A stretch of 64,000 nucleotides of DNA from Flavobacteriales bacterium (lineage in GTDB: Bacteria > Bacteroidota > Bacteroidia > Flavobacteriales > BACL11), in contig PAUF01000017.1 in assembly GCA_002712715.1 (NCBI GenBank), positions 3,796-67,795 of the forward strand, read 5' to 3'. Positions 30,461 through 39,973 of the stretch are shown in pieces (the first letter of the stretch is position 1; the number at the start of each line of letters is the position of its first letter). Both the position numbers and the translations under genes were made by a program. A model generated the notes under the pieces. That model was given only the letters and a program-made list of their open reading frames with translations. It did no database searches and had not been told where the DNA came from.

Positions 30461-31413
30461 AAAAAATAATTATTATAATTTTTACTATATCATTTTTTTC
30501 CTGTGACAAAGAAATAAATGAAAAAGACTTCCATATTCAAGAAATTGAAAGTATAAATGAAATTATAATGACAGATAAATATGGAAGTAAGCTTATATTA
30601 ACTAAAATCAAGGATCAGTGGTTAGTCAATGATACATTTATTGCATGGAAAGAACAGGTTGAATATACACTGAATGTAATGAAAGATATTAGAATAAAAA
30701 GTTCAGTTCCAGAATCATTTGAAGATTTTGCAATGCAAAGTATAATAACAAAAGGTGTAAAAATAGAGATCTTCAAAAACAATGAATTACTTAAAACATA
30801 TTACATTGGTGGAAACACTAGAGATCATCTAGGAACATATATGATCAAAGAAGGATCAGAGAATCCATACATCATGCATATTCCAGACAGACATCCCGGT
30901 ATTCTAAATCCAAAATATGGTTTACAAGGAAATAAAGTTAATCCTCATATTTGGAGACAACCAATAAATATTTCAATATCTTCTTCTAAGATATCCTCAA
31001 TTAAAGCAAGTGACTATTTAAACGCCAACCAATCTTTTACTGTTTATAATCAATTAGATACATTTAATGATATGCACAATCAATTAAAAGTGTATAATTT
31101 AAATAATGAATTCGTTAAAACTAAATTTGACAAAGTAAATGAGTATATTAATAGTTTTAGCACATTAAAATGTGGAAAATATAAGCCTTCTCTAAAAAAA
31201 TCTCAACTTAGACTTATCAAAAAAATATCAATTAATCAAGAAAATACAATAGATAGTTTACTAATATTTGATAATCCTTACTATAAAGAAAATAATAAAC
31301 AAGTTCATCCAAACGTTGAAATTTTATTTGCTTCGTATAACAACTCAGATTTAGTAATTATTCAAAAAAATATTTTTAACAAAGTGTTAATTACTCTTGA
31401 TGATTTGAAGTAA
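30457..31413 (+). CDS. DUF4340-like lipoprotein
   Basis: Lipobox FFS|C; DF.I..I..I..I..TD, W.VND, KTYYIGG.T.D.LGTYM, PYIMHIP; usual position after gldG. Confidence 0.65.
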   Translation: MKKIIIIIFTISFFSCDKEINEKDFHIQEIESINEIIMTDKYGSKLILTKIKDQWLVNDTFIAWKEQVEYTLNVMKDIRIKSSVPESFEDFAMQSIITKGVKIEIFKNNELLKTYYIGGNTRDHLGTYMIKEGSENPYIMHIPDRHPGILNPKYGLQGNKVNPHIWRQPINISISSSKISSIKASDYLNANQSFTVYNQLDTFNDMHNQLKVYNLNNEFVKTKFDKVNEYINSFSTLKCGKYKPSLKKSQLRLIKKISINQENTIDSLLIFDNPYYKENNKQVHPNVEILFASYNNSDLVIIQKNIFNKVLITLDDLK

Positions 31414-31442
31414 TAAGATATTTTTTTTAATCAACAATGTAG

Positions 31443-31450
31443 TATATTTG
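31443..31450 (+). promoter_or_regulatory. -7 element (TATATTTG) for dnaN
   Basis: 26 nt upstream of the ATG at 31477. Confidence 0.6.
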
Positions 31451-31476
31451 TATTATATATCTCTAAAAATTATTTT

Positions 31477-32595
31477 ATGAAATTTATTATTAATAGTCTA
31501 GATTTGTTAAAAGAAGTACAGAAATTAAGTGGTGTTTTAAGCAATTCAAATACGCTTCCAATTCTAGACAACTTCTTATTTGAAATAAGTAAATCAAATT
31601 TACATATTACTGCTTCTGATTTAGAAACTACAATGACATGTAACATTAGTATGAAAGCTAATGAAGAAGGATCAATAGCTATGCCTGCTAAACTATTAAT
31701 GGACACTCTAAAAACATTTTCAAATCAACCGCTTACTTTCTTAATCAATAAAGATAATTTTAATGTTGAAATTAATTCTGAAAATGGCATATATAAATTA
31801 GCAGGACAGAATGCTAGTGAATTTCCTAAGACACCTTCCATGAACGAAGGAAAAAAAATATCCATTAACTCTATGTCATTTGTTAATGCTGTAAATAAAA
31901 CTTTGTTTGCTTGTGGAAATGATGAATTGCGTCCTGTGATGTCAGGACTTTATTGTGAACTGAATGCAGAAAAAATATCCTTTGTAGGAACTGATGCTCA
32001 TAAACTAGTTAGACACATTCAAACTGGAATAAAGGGAGATGTATCCGCTTCATTTATTCTTCCAAAAAAACCGCTATCAGTTTTAAAGAGTATTATTAAT
32101 GAAGATACTGATTTAGAAATTGAACATAATGAAACAAATACACTATTTACTATAGGTGGAACAAAAATAATATGCAGACTAATTGATGGTAAATATCCTA
32201 ATTATGAAGCGGTGATTCCCAAAGAAAATCCTAATAAATTAACCATCAAAACTGCAGAATTATTAAATTCAATTAAGCGTGTATCAATTTATGCCAACAA
32301 AACTACTCATCAAATTAGATTAACAATTAAAGGAAGTGATCTTCAAATTTCTTCTGAAGACTTAGACTTCTCAAATCAAGCAGAAGAAAGATTAACATGT
32401 CAATACGAAGGAGCAGATATAAGTATAGGTTTTAACTCTAAATTTATAATAGAAATGCTTAATAATATTGGATCGGAAGAAATTTGTCTAGAAATGAGTG
32501 AGCCAAATAAAGCAGGCATATTACTACCATTAGATAATCAAGATGAGAATGAAGATACTCTAATGTTAGTTATGCCAGTAATGCTCAATTCATAA
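31477..32595 (+). CDS. dnaN: DNA polymerase III beta sliding clamp
   Basis: NTLPILDNFLF, ASDLET, GTDAHKL, RLIDGKYPNYEAVIP, IGFN, LVMPV. Confidence 0.97.
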   Translation: MKFIINSLDLLKEVQKLSGVLSNSNTLPILDNFLFEISKSNLHITASDLETTMTCNISMKANEEGSIAMPAKLLMDTLKTFSNQPLTFLINKDNFNVEINSENGIYKLAGQNASEFPKTPSMNEGKKISINSMSFVNAVNKTLFACGNDELRPVMSGLYCELNAEKISFVGTDAHKLVRHIQTGIKGDVSASFILPKKPLSVLKSIINEDTDLEIEHNETNTLFTIGGTKIICRLIDGKYPNYEAVIPKENPNKLTIKTAELLNSIKRVSIYANKTTHQIRLTIKGSDLQISSEDLDFSNQAEERLTCQYEGADISIGFNSKFIIEMLNNIGSEEICLEMSEPNKAGILLPLDNQDENEDTLMLVMPVMLNS

Positions 32596-32605
32596 ATTGA
32601 ATTAG

Positions 32606-32613
32606 TATATTTG
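32606..32613 (+). promoter_or_regulatory. -7 element (TATATTTG)
   Basis: 17 nt upstream of the ATG at 32631. Confidence 0.6.
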
Positions 32614-32630
32614 CTAAAAAAACTTTAGAA

Positions 32631-33320
32631 ATGAAAAAATCAATTCTCTTAATTTTTATATTATCTTTTACATTAAGTACATATTCTCAGAATCTAAGTG
32701 TACCCAAATTTGGAATAAAATTTGGAACAAATTATACAAATTTTAATTTTCATCAATATAACTATATTTTTCTAGGAACTTCAGAAATATCACCAGGAAA
32801 GGCAAAACCTGAATCTACTAGTAATTTTGGAGTTCAAGGTGGTTTTTTTGTAGATTTTAAATTGAATGCAAATTGGTATTATATTCCATATGTAAATTAT
32901 AGTCAATTTTCAACAAATACTAAAATCAATAGAACTTTTGATATTGATACAATTAGAACAAAAGGAGTCGAAAATAATGAATATATTATTGAATATATTT
33001 CATTAGATAATAATTTCAAATGGAAGTTCAATGATAGAATGTCTATTTATCTTGGTCCATCTATTAAATATGCAATTTCTAACGAATTAAACAAAACAGT
33101 TGTAAATTCTCCTAATGGATTAGATGAAGATTATTCTGGAGAAATCATAGGATTTAATGAGATAGATGGAGGAATCATCTTTGGAACCTCATTATTCATT
33201 ACAGAACATATAGATATTGATCTAAATATGTATATAGGACTATTAGAAGTAGAAAGCAATGATGATGGATACAACCGCGCAATACAATCGTCAAGTTTTT
33301 CCATTGGATATACTTTCTAA
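32631..33320 (+). CDS. Outer-membrane beta-barrel (porin family, 8-stranded type) protein
   Basis: Signal peptide ...TYS|Q; KFGIKFGTNY; alternating beta strands; terminal FSIGYTF. Confidence 0.8.
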   Translation: MKKSILLIFILSFTLSTYSQNLSVPKFGIKFGTNYTNFNFHQYNYIFLGTSEISPGKAKPESTSNFGVQGGFFVDFKLNANWYYIPYVNYSQFSTNTKINRTFDIDTIRTKGVENNEYIIEYISLDNNFKWKFNDRMSIYLGPSIKYAISNELNKTVVNSPNGLDEDYSGEIIGFNEIDGGIIFGTSLFITEHIDIDLNMYIGLLEVESNDDGYNRAIQSSSFSIGYTF

Positions 33321-33327
33321 TAAAAAA

Positions 33328-34050
33328 TTAGTATTTAATAAGTTTAATTCTCTCACCAGCATACATTGGAACATTTTCACTAGAAATAGAAGGATTTAAA
33401 CAAAACTTAGTATCATTTTCCATGGATAAATTTTTTAGTCTGTTTCTATGGGCTGATTGTTTCAAAAAATCATATAAATTACCTTCGCTTAAATTACTTA
33501 AATGAGTAGAAATACGTAAAGAATCACATTTAGTAGAAAAATTGCCAGAATTCATTAACTTGTTAGACAGTGATCCAGCAAAAATTGCATCTTCCATATT
33601 CACTTTCCCTTTCCATCCTGAACAAAAAATCAAAACATTATTGATAGTATGATTTAATATAAAATTCAAAAGTGCATCAAGATTAATGTATGAACCTATA
33701 ATTAACTGACTTTTTTTAGCTAAATTGATTGCGTTCGTTCCATTAGTAGTAGTCAAAACTAAAGATTTGCCTTTAATATCCTGATTCATATATTGAAAAG
33801 GAGAATTGCCATAAATAAATTCATCAATTGGTTTAGCGTTTCTTTCAGCAGCAACAATATAATTATCATCATGAAGATAAGCACGTGCTTCTGAAATTGA
33901 TGAAACTGGTATTACTGATTTAATACCATATTCAAAAGCAGTACATATTACACTAGTAGCTCTTAAAATATCCACAACAATAACTAAATCTTCAGGATCT
34001 TGATATAAATGATATAAATCTGGAGAAAGACATACTCTTATTTCTCTCAT
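33328..34050 (-). CDS. comB: 2-phosphosulfolactate phosphatase family (ComB)
   Basis: VVDILRATS, AAER, YGNSP, LTTTNGT, CSGW...EDAIFAG. Confidence 0.9.
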   Translation of the reverse strand: MREIRVCLSPDLYHLYQDPEDLVIVVDILRATSVICTAFEYGIKSVIPVSSISEARAYLHDDNYIVAAERNAKPIDEFIYGNSPFQYMNQDIKGKSLVLTTTNGTNAINLAKKSQLIIGSYINLDALLNFILNHTINNVLIFCSGWKGKVNMEDAIFAGSLSNKLMNSGNFSTKCDSLRISTHLSNLSEGNLYDFLKQSAHRNRLKNLSMENDTKFCLNPSISSENVPMYAGERIKLIKY

Positions 34051-35117
34051 TTCACAAATGGTATTGAGACAACCTTAGCTTTAATAAATTTTTTTCTAAT
34101 CTTAATAAGAATAATAGTGCCAAGAGTAGTATTCTCCTTGGAAATATATCCCAAAGAAATTGGAACGTTTAAAGTTGGAGAGATCGAACCAGAAGTTACA
34201 TTCCCAATCTTATTTTCATTTAAATTATATACTTCATATCCTTTTCGAGCTATACCTTTTTCTGTTAATTGTATACCAACTAATTTTCTATTTATATTTT
34301 TTTTATTTTCTGATAAATTATCTGAGAAAATAGATTGCTTATTTATATCAGTAATCCAGGATAGTCCAGCTTCAAAAGTATTGGTGTCTTCATTGATATC
34401 ATTTCCATATAAGCAATAACCTTTTTCTAACCTAAGTGCGTCTCTAGCAGCTAAACCAATTGGCAATGGAGAAATATTACTTGCAAAAATTGCTTTCCAA
34501 AGCGGAACTATATCAGAGTTTTTAACATATAATTCAAAACCTAATTCTCCAGTATATCCTGTTCTAGAAATAATCACATTATCTATTCCTGCAATAGTAG
34601 ATTTTATAAAAGAATAATATTTAAGTTGGCTAATATCATCAATTGTCAACTTCTTGATCAACTCTAAAGACAAAGGGCCTTGTACAGCTAACAATGACAT
34701 ATCATCAGACTTATTCTTAATAGTTACATCAAAATTATTAAAAGATTGCAGCCAATCATAATCTTTATCTATATTAGAAGCATTTACCACCATCATATAA
34801 CTATCATCAGAAAACTTATATAATAACAAATCATCAATAATACCGCCATCAATATTTAGTAAACATGTATACTGCACCTTTCCATTAATTAGCAGGTCAA
34901 CATTATTAGAAGTTAGATGCTGTAGGAATTTTTTAGATTCTTTACCAGAAATATAAATTTGCCCCATATGTGAAACATCAAAAACACCAACCCTATTTCT
35001 AACAGCATCTGTTTCTTCCCTAATACCAGTGTACTGGATGGGCATATAAAAACCATGAAAGTCAACCATTTTCGCCCCATATTGAGTATGAATATTGTAA
35101 AGTTTTAGTTTTTTCAT
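34047..35117 (-). CDS. gcvT: Glycine cleavage system aminomethyltransferase T
   Basis: GVFDVSHMGQ, VVNASN, SRTGYTGELGFE, GLAARDALRLEKG. Confidence 0.96.
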   Translation of the reverse strand: MKKLKLYNIHTQYGAKMVDFHGFYMPIQYTGIREETDAVRNRVGVFDVSHMGQIYISGKESKKFLQHLTSNNVDLLINGKVQYTCLLNIDGGIIDDLLLYKFSDDSYMMVVNASNIDKDYDWLQSFNNFDVTIKNKSDDMSLLAVQGPLSLELIKKLTIDDISQLKYYSFIKSTIAGIDNVIISRTGYTGELGFELYVKNSDIVPLWKAIFASNISPLPIGLAARDALRLEKGYCLYGNDINEDTNTFEAGLSWITDINKQSIFSDNLSENKKNINRKLVGIQLTEKGIARKGYEVYNLNENKIGNVTSGSISPTLNVPISLGYISKENTTLGTIILIKIRKKFIKAKVVSIPFVK

Positions 35118-35133
35118 AAATCTAATTGAAAAA

Positions 35134-35141
35134 CAAAAGTA
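35134..35141 (-). promoter_or_regulatory. -7 element (TACTTTTG) for gcvT-comB
   Basis: 16 nt upstream of the ATG at 35117. Confidence 0.55.
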
Positions 35142-35243
35142 TAAATAAATGAAGATATTAATGATTTATACAATAATTAATTTTCATTTTAACACATTAT
35201 TTAAAGGTTAAGAAATAACAACGAACTAAAAAATAAATTTTTA

Positions 35244-35251
35244 TATATTTG
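35244..35251 (+). promoter_or_regulatory. -7 element (TATATTTG)
   Basis: 29 nt upstream of the ATG at 35281. Confidence 0.55.
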
Positions 35252-35280
35252 TATAAGTATTAATTAAATAATTCTAAAAG

Positions 35281-35652
35281 ATGTCAGAAAATAGAGATGA
35301 GATTTATTCAAAATCATTAAGAGCAGGAAGACGAACATATTTCTTTGATGTAAGATCAACAAGGGCCGATGATTATTATTTAACGATAACTGAAAGTAAG
35401 AGAGACTTTAATGAAGACGGCACACCATTCTACAAAAAACATAAAATCTATCTATACAAAGAAGATTTTAAGAATTTTACCGAACACTTAAATGAAATGA
35501 CTAAGTATATTATTGATGAAAAAGGTGAAGAAATCATATCATTAAAAACCTCAGAACCAAAGGTTGATTTAGAAACTGAAAAATCATCAGAGACTCCTAC
35601 AACTAATTTTACTGAAGTAGATTTTGATGACTTAGGCAATGAAGATAATTAA
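35281..35652 (+). CDS. DUF3276 / PUR-family nucleic acid-binding protein
   Basis: IYSKSLRAGRRTYFFDV, YYLTITESKR, KHKIYLYKEDF, acidic tail. Confidence 0.88.
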   Translation: MSENRDEIYSKSLRAGRRTYFFDVRSTRADDYYLTITESKRDFNEDGTPFYKKHKIYLYKEDFKNFTEHLNEMTKYIIDEKGEEIISLKTSEPKVDLETEKSSETPTTNFTEVDFDDLGNEDN

Positions 35653-35724
35653 TACTCATATAAATTAATATCTAGAATTACTATAAATTAATTCTTAAAA
35701 ACTTTTAATATTTTGTTAATAAAG

Positions 35725-35768
35725 AAGCATTTTTAAAATGCTTTAAAAATGATTTAATCGTAATTTTG
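35725..35768 (+). promoter_or_regulatory. parA promoter region: 9-1-9 palindrome (35725-35743) plus -7 element TAATTTTG (35761-35768)
   Basis: aagcatttt-t-aaaatgctt read directly; TAnnTTTG 18 nt before the ATG at 35787. Confidence 0.5.
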
Positions 35769-35786
35769 ATTTGAAAATCTATCAAA

Positions 35787-36572
35787 ATGGGTAAGGTAAT
35801 ATCTATAGCAAATCAAAAAGGAGGCGTAGGAAAAACAACAACAGCTATTAATCTAGCCGCAGGATTAGGCGTTTTAGAAAAAAAAGTTTTACTTATTGAT
35901 ATTGATCCTCAAGCCAATACAACTTCGGGAATAGGTTTTGACCCAAAATTAATTCATGCTGGAACGTATGAATGTTTAATCCATAAATCTAAACCGGAAG
36001 ATGTTATAGTTGAAACCTCCAGTCCTAATTTATTTCTAATGCCAGCCAATATAGATTTAGTCGGAGCAGAACTTGAATTAATCAACGAAGAAGATAGAGA
36101 ACACCTAATGAGGAAATTCTTAGAACCAATAAGAGGAAAATTTGATTTCATTATAATTGACTGTGCCCCATCATTAGGGTTACTCACACTTAATGCAATA
36201 ACAGCATCCGAATCAGTAATTATTCCAATACAGTGCGAATACTTTGCGCTTGAAGGACTTGCAAAGTTATTAAATACCATAAAAATAGTCCAAAAAAGAC
36301 TCAACCCAAATTTAACTATTGAAGGATTACTATTAACAATGTATGATACTCGACTGCGACTTGCAAATCAAGTTGTTGAAGAAGTCAAAACACACTTCCA
36401 AGATATGGTATTTAAAACAATTATTCATAGAAATGTAACACTTGGCGAAGCTCCATCTCATGGTAAATCCGTAATTGTTCATGATGCATCATCCAAAGGA
36501 GCAATAAATTATATTAACCTAGCAAATGAACTGATAGTAAGACAAAGTAATACAATATCAACTAGTATATAA
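35787..36572 (+). CDS. parA: Chromosome partitioning ATPase ParA/Soj
   Basis: NQKGGVGKTTT, DIDPQAN, IDCAPSLG, QCEYFALEG, EAPSHG. Confidence 0.96.
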   Translation: MGKVISIANQKGGVGKTTTAINLAAGLGVLEKKVLLIDIDPQANTTSGIGFDPKLIHAGTYECLIHKSKPEDVIVETSSPNLFLMPANIDLVGAELELINEEDREHLMRKFLEPIRGKFDFIIIDCAPSLGLLTLNAITASESVIIPIQCEYFALEGLAKLLNTIKIVQKRLNPNLTIEGLLLTMYDTRLRLANQVVEEVKTHFQDMVFKTIIHRNVTLGEAPSHGKSVIVHDASSKGAINYINLANELIVRQSNTISTSI

Positions 36573-37474
36573 TGAAAAAAGAAAATGCGTTAGGAAGAGG
36601 ACTATCAACTATATTATCTAATGAAGATACAGATATAACATCTAACGAGATTTCAAATAACAAATTAGTTGGTAATATTAGTCACATTAAATTATCAGAA
36701 ATCACAACTAATCCATTTCAACCAAGAAATTACTTTGATACACAAAACCTAGAAGAATTAGCAAAATCAATAGATGAATTAGGAATAATTCAACCAATCA
36801 CTGTAAGAAAATTAGGATATGATAGATATCAACTAATATCAGGAGAACGCAGATTCAAGGCTTCCAAAATTGCTTGTCTAGATAAAATACCAGCGTATAT
36901 AAGAATCGCTAATGATCAAGAAATGTTAGAAATTGCATTAGTAGAAAATATTCAAAGAGAGAACCTTAATCCAATTGAAATCGCACTATCATATCAAAAA
37001 CTAATCAAAGAATGTAGCTTAACCCAAGAAAAATGTAGTCAAAGAGTAGGGAAAAAGAGAAGTACTATTGCAAATTTTTTAGGACTACTTAAATTACCTG
37101 AAGAAATACAATCAGCGTTAAAAACAAAAAAAATTAGTATGGGAAAAGCTAGAGCTTTAATTAATATTAAAAACAAAGAAAAACAACTAAATATATTTCA
37201 TGACGCTATAGCTAATCAATTTTCAGTTAGAGAAATTGAACAAATAGTGAAAGAATTTAAAGATTATCCTTACAAAAGGATATCAAAGAATAGACATCCA
37301 AATACGAATTACTTGAATTTTAAAACCCAACAACAAATATTTCATTTAAATACTATCTTAGATAACTCAATTGACATCAAACAAAATAAAAAGGGGGATG
37401 GAAAAATAATTATAAAATACCAATCAGAAGAGGAACTTAAAAAACTCCTTAATAAATTAAATAATCTTGAATAA
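36572..37474 (+). CDS. parB: Chromosome partitioning protein ParB
   Basis: ALGRGL, NPFQPR, GERRFKA, ENIQRENLNPIE, HTH. Confidence 0.96.
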   Translation: MKKENALGRGLSTILSNEDTDITSNEISNNKLVGNISHIKLSEITTNPFQPRNYFDTQNLEELAKSIDELGIIQPITVRKLGYDRYQLISGERRFKASKIACLDKIPAYIRIANDQEMLEIALVENIQRENLNPIEIALSYQKLIKECSLTQEKCSQRVGKKRSTIANFLGLLKLPEEIQSALKTKKISMGKARALINIKNKEKQLNIFHDAIANQFSVREIEQIVKEFKDYPYKRISKNRHPNTNYLNFKTQQQIFHLNTILDNSIDIKQNKKGDGKIIIKYQSEEELKKLLNKLNNLE

Positions 37475-37949
37475 ACTTGTTGTATTACTGATTTTTTGCG
37501 TGTCGATTAACATTTACTCACAGAAAGCTCTAAAATCTCCTAGAAAAGCAGCGATTTATTCATCTATTATCCCTGGGTCTGGACAAATTTACACTAAAAA
37601 ATACTGGAAAGTCCCTCTTATTTATGGCGGACTATCTACATCAATATATTTTATTCATTATAATAACAGCAAATATCTAAAATACAAAAACACACTTTTG
37701 AACAGATATGATGGCATAGAAGATAACTTAGAAAATACTGACTCTGAGTTACTAATCCTAAAAGACTATTACAGAAGAAATCGAGATATTTCGTATTTAG
37801 CTACGGTAAGTATATACCTGTTAAATATTATTGACGCATCAGTTAACACATATTTGTACAAATATGATATTTCAGATGAAATCTCGTTTAATGTAAAACC
37901 TGCTTTTTACGAACAAAATATTGGAATTTCATTAAATTTAAATTTATAA
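37467..37949 (+). CDS. DUF5683 family protein
   Basis: PRKAAIYSSIIPGSGQIY.KKYWKVP; YYRRNRD; LNIIDASV; usual position after parB. Confidence 0.8.
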   Translation: MNKLVVLLIFCVSINIYSQKALKSPRKAAIYSSIIPGSGQIYTKKYWKVPLIYGGLSTSIYFIHYNNSKYLKYKNTLLNRYDGIEDNLENTDSELLILKDYYRRNRDISYLATVSIYLLNIIDASVNTYLYKYDISDEISFNVKPAFYEQNIGISLNLNL

Positions 37950-37960
37950 ATTTGCAGCAA

Positions 37961-39964
37961 ATGAAAAATATTCTTAAAGATTTAAAAAACCTTAATAACT
38001 GGAGTGTTAGAAAAAAAAGACTAGTATTTTGGGGACTATCATCAGTTTGGGTACTAATTTCATATTTAATTGGTGGTGAATGGATGTATCTATTTCCTTT
38101 ATTATTTGGAGATATAATCTTTTGGAAAACATTTAAGTATTCTTTTCTAAAAAAAAGTGAGAAACAAGTTATCAAAAAAAACATTTTTAGAACCTGGTTT
38201 GACGCAATAACTTTTGCTATAATAGCAGCAGTTATTATCAGAACTTTTACTATAGAAGCATATACAATTCCCACACCCTCAATGGAAAAATCACTGTTAG
38301 TAGGCGATTATTTATTTGTAAGCAAATTTCACTATGGACCAAGAGTACCAATGACTCCAATTTCGTTTCCATTGGTACACCATACTCTCCCAATTATTGG
38401 AGGGAAATCTTATAATGAACAACTGAAATTTAACTATTATAGAATGTCTGGAATATCTTCTAAAAATAATGATATTGGAGTAAAAAGAAATGATGAAGTT
38501 GTTTTCAATTATCCTGCCGAACGATTTATATCAAATCCCCAAAATCCTGAATTTAACCCAAAGAAAAATACTTCAGAATGGGGCAGACCAATTGATAAAA
38601 AAGAAAACTATATAAAAAGATGCGTTGGAATACCTGGAGACAACATTAAAATAGTAGATGGAAAAATTATAGTTAACGGCAAATTACAAGCAGAAAACAT
38701 TATAAATAATCAATATCAATACAAAGTTCGAATTAAATCTAAAAAGTGGAGAAACAAGTTCGAATCTTATGCAGAATTCGCTAAATACCTTTATGAAAGG
38801 TATGATATAAAACCTTATATTGACAACAATTCTCCTGGAGATATCCTACCTAACTTTGAAAGTAACTTCTTTCTTATCAATACTACTGAAGAGAATATTA
38901 AAAAAATACAGAAAGAAAAATTTATTGGCTCATATAATAGAGAATATAGAAAATATACAGTTAGTAATAAAAGATTATATCAGGTAACAGATCTTCCCTC
39001 ATATACAATAGAATTTTCTCAAGAAGGAAAGAAAAAAGAAATTAATATGTTCTTAGATACAGTATCACAACTTTTCAAAATGGAAAATGTAGATACAATT
39101 CATTCATTTATTTATAAAGTATATTTTTCTGGCCCTTCATGGGAAAAGAATAAAGACATTAATAATATATTATTAATGTCTAAAAAATTGAATTGTGACA
39201 TAGATACTATCTATCTGAATAAGAGAAAACTAGAATTTAATAATCAACTTCCTTTTTGGAATCCTTTATGCTCAAATCCAGATAACTTCCTTGATGAAAA
39301 TTTCTTTAATTGGGATATTAATAATTATGGAGTTTATTCCGAAATATTATGGGAAAACGACACTGTTTATGAATATAAAGAACATAATGTTCTCAATATA
39401 CCACAAAAAGATCAAACAATAGAATTAAATAAAGAAAAATACATTCTTTACAAGCAGATAATAGATAGATATGAAAACAACTCATCTGAATTGTTAGGTA
39501 ATGATATATATATAAATGGGGAAAAAACTAATTCATATACATTTAAACAAAATTATTATTGGCTAATGGGTGATAATAGAGAAAATTCTGCTGATTCTAG
39601 ATTCTGGGGTTTTGTTCCAGAAAATCATATAGTAGGAAAAAAATTATTTGTATGGATGAGTTATGATAAATACGGAAAAGGAATTAGATGGAGTAGATTT
39701 ATCAATAGTCAATTAATTTTTGTTTTTATTATGACTATTATCTTATTCAAACGATATTATAAAAAAGATTTGCTGGAAAAACAAAAAAATCTATCCATAG
39801 ACATAAAAAATGTTTTGATAATATTTATTTGTTCTGTCACATTTCTTAGTGTAGAAAATTCAATTATAAAATATGGAGTTATGCTTGCATCCATAGTATT
39901 AATTGGGAAAATAACTAATAAATATTCTGAAAAAATATCTAGTAGTATTTTTAAAAATAGTTAG
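37961..39964 (+). CDS. lepB: Signal peptidase I (large form)
   Basis: YTIPTPSMEKSLLVGD (Ser), YIKRC (Lys), MGDNRENSADSRFWGFVP; ATG at 37961. Confidence 0.93.
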   Translation: MKNILKDLKNLNNWSVRKKRLVFWGLSSVWVLISYLIGGEWMYLFPLLFGDIIFWKTFKYSFLKKSEKQVIKKNIFRTWFDAITFAIIAAVIIRTFTIEAYTIPTPSMEKSLLVGDYLFVSKFHYGPRVPMTPISFPLVHHTLPIIGGKSYNEQLKFNYYRMSGISSKNNDIGVKRNDEVVFNYPAERFISNPQNPEFNPKKNTSEWGRPIDKKENYIKRCVGIPGDNIKIVDGKIIVNGKLQAENIINNQYQYKVRIKSKKWRNKFESYAEFAKYLYERYDIKPYIDNNSPGDILPNFESNFFLINTTEENIKKIQKEKFIGSYNREYRKYTVSNKRLYQVTDLPSYTIEFSQEGKKKEINMFLDTVSQLFKMENVDTIHSFIYKVYFSGPSWEKNKDINNILLMSKKLNCDIDTIYLNKRKLEFNNQLPFWNPLCSNPDNFLDENFFNWDINNYGVYSEILWENDTVYEYKEHNVLNIPQKDQTIELNKEKYILYKQIIDRYENNSSELLGNDIYINGEKTNSYTFKQNYYWLMGDNRENSADSRFWGFVPENHIVGKKLFVWMSYDKYGKGIRWSRFINSQLIFVFIMTIILFKRYYKKDLLEKQKNLSIDIKNVLIIFICSVTFLSVENSIIKYGVMLASIVLIGKITNKYSEKISSSIFKNS

Positions 39965-39973
39965 TTCTAATTA

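Noticed and set aside
35118-35280. Longer intergenic regions (also 1872-2034, 44933-44999, 60646-60745) as tRNA, ncRNA or riboswitch
   Set aside because: Almost pure A/T with no cloverleaf or GC-paired stems; mostly explained by divergent promoters
23899-37474. rsmG, dnaN and parAB within ~14 kb, suggesting oriC
   Set aside because: No dnaA or mnmG, and no intergenic cluster of DnaA boxes; the near-matches seen (e.g. ~5813, ~20899, ~33968) are isolated and inside coding regions
35653-37474. Canonical parS site near parAB
   Set aside because: No TGTTTCACGTGAAACA-like sequence seen
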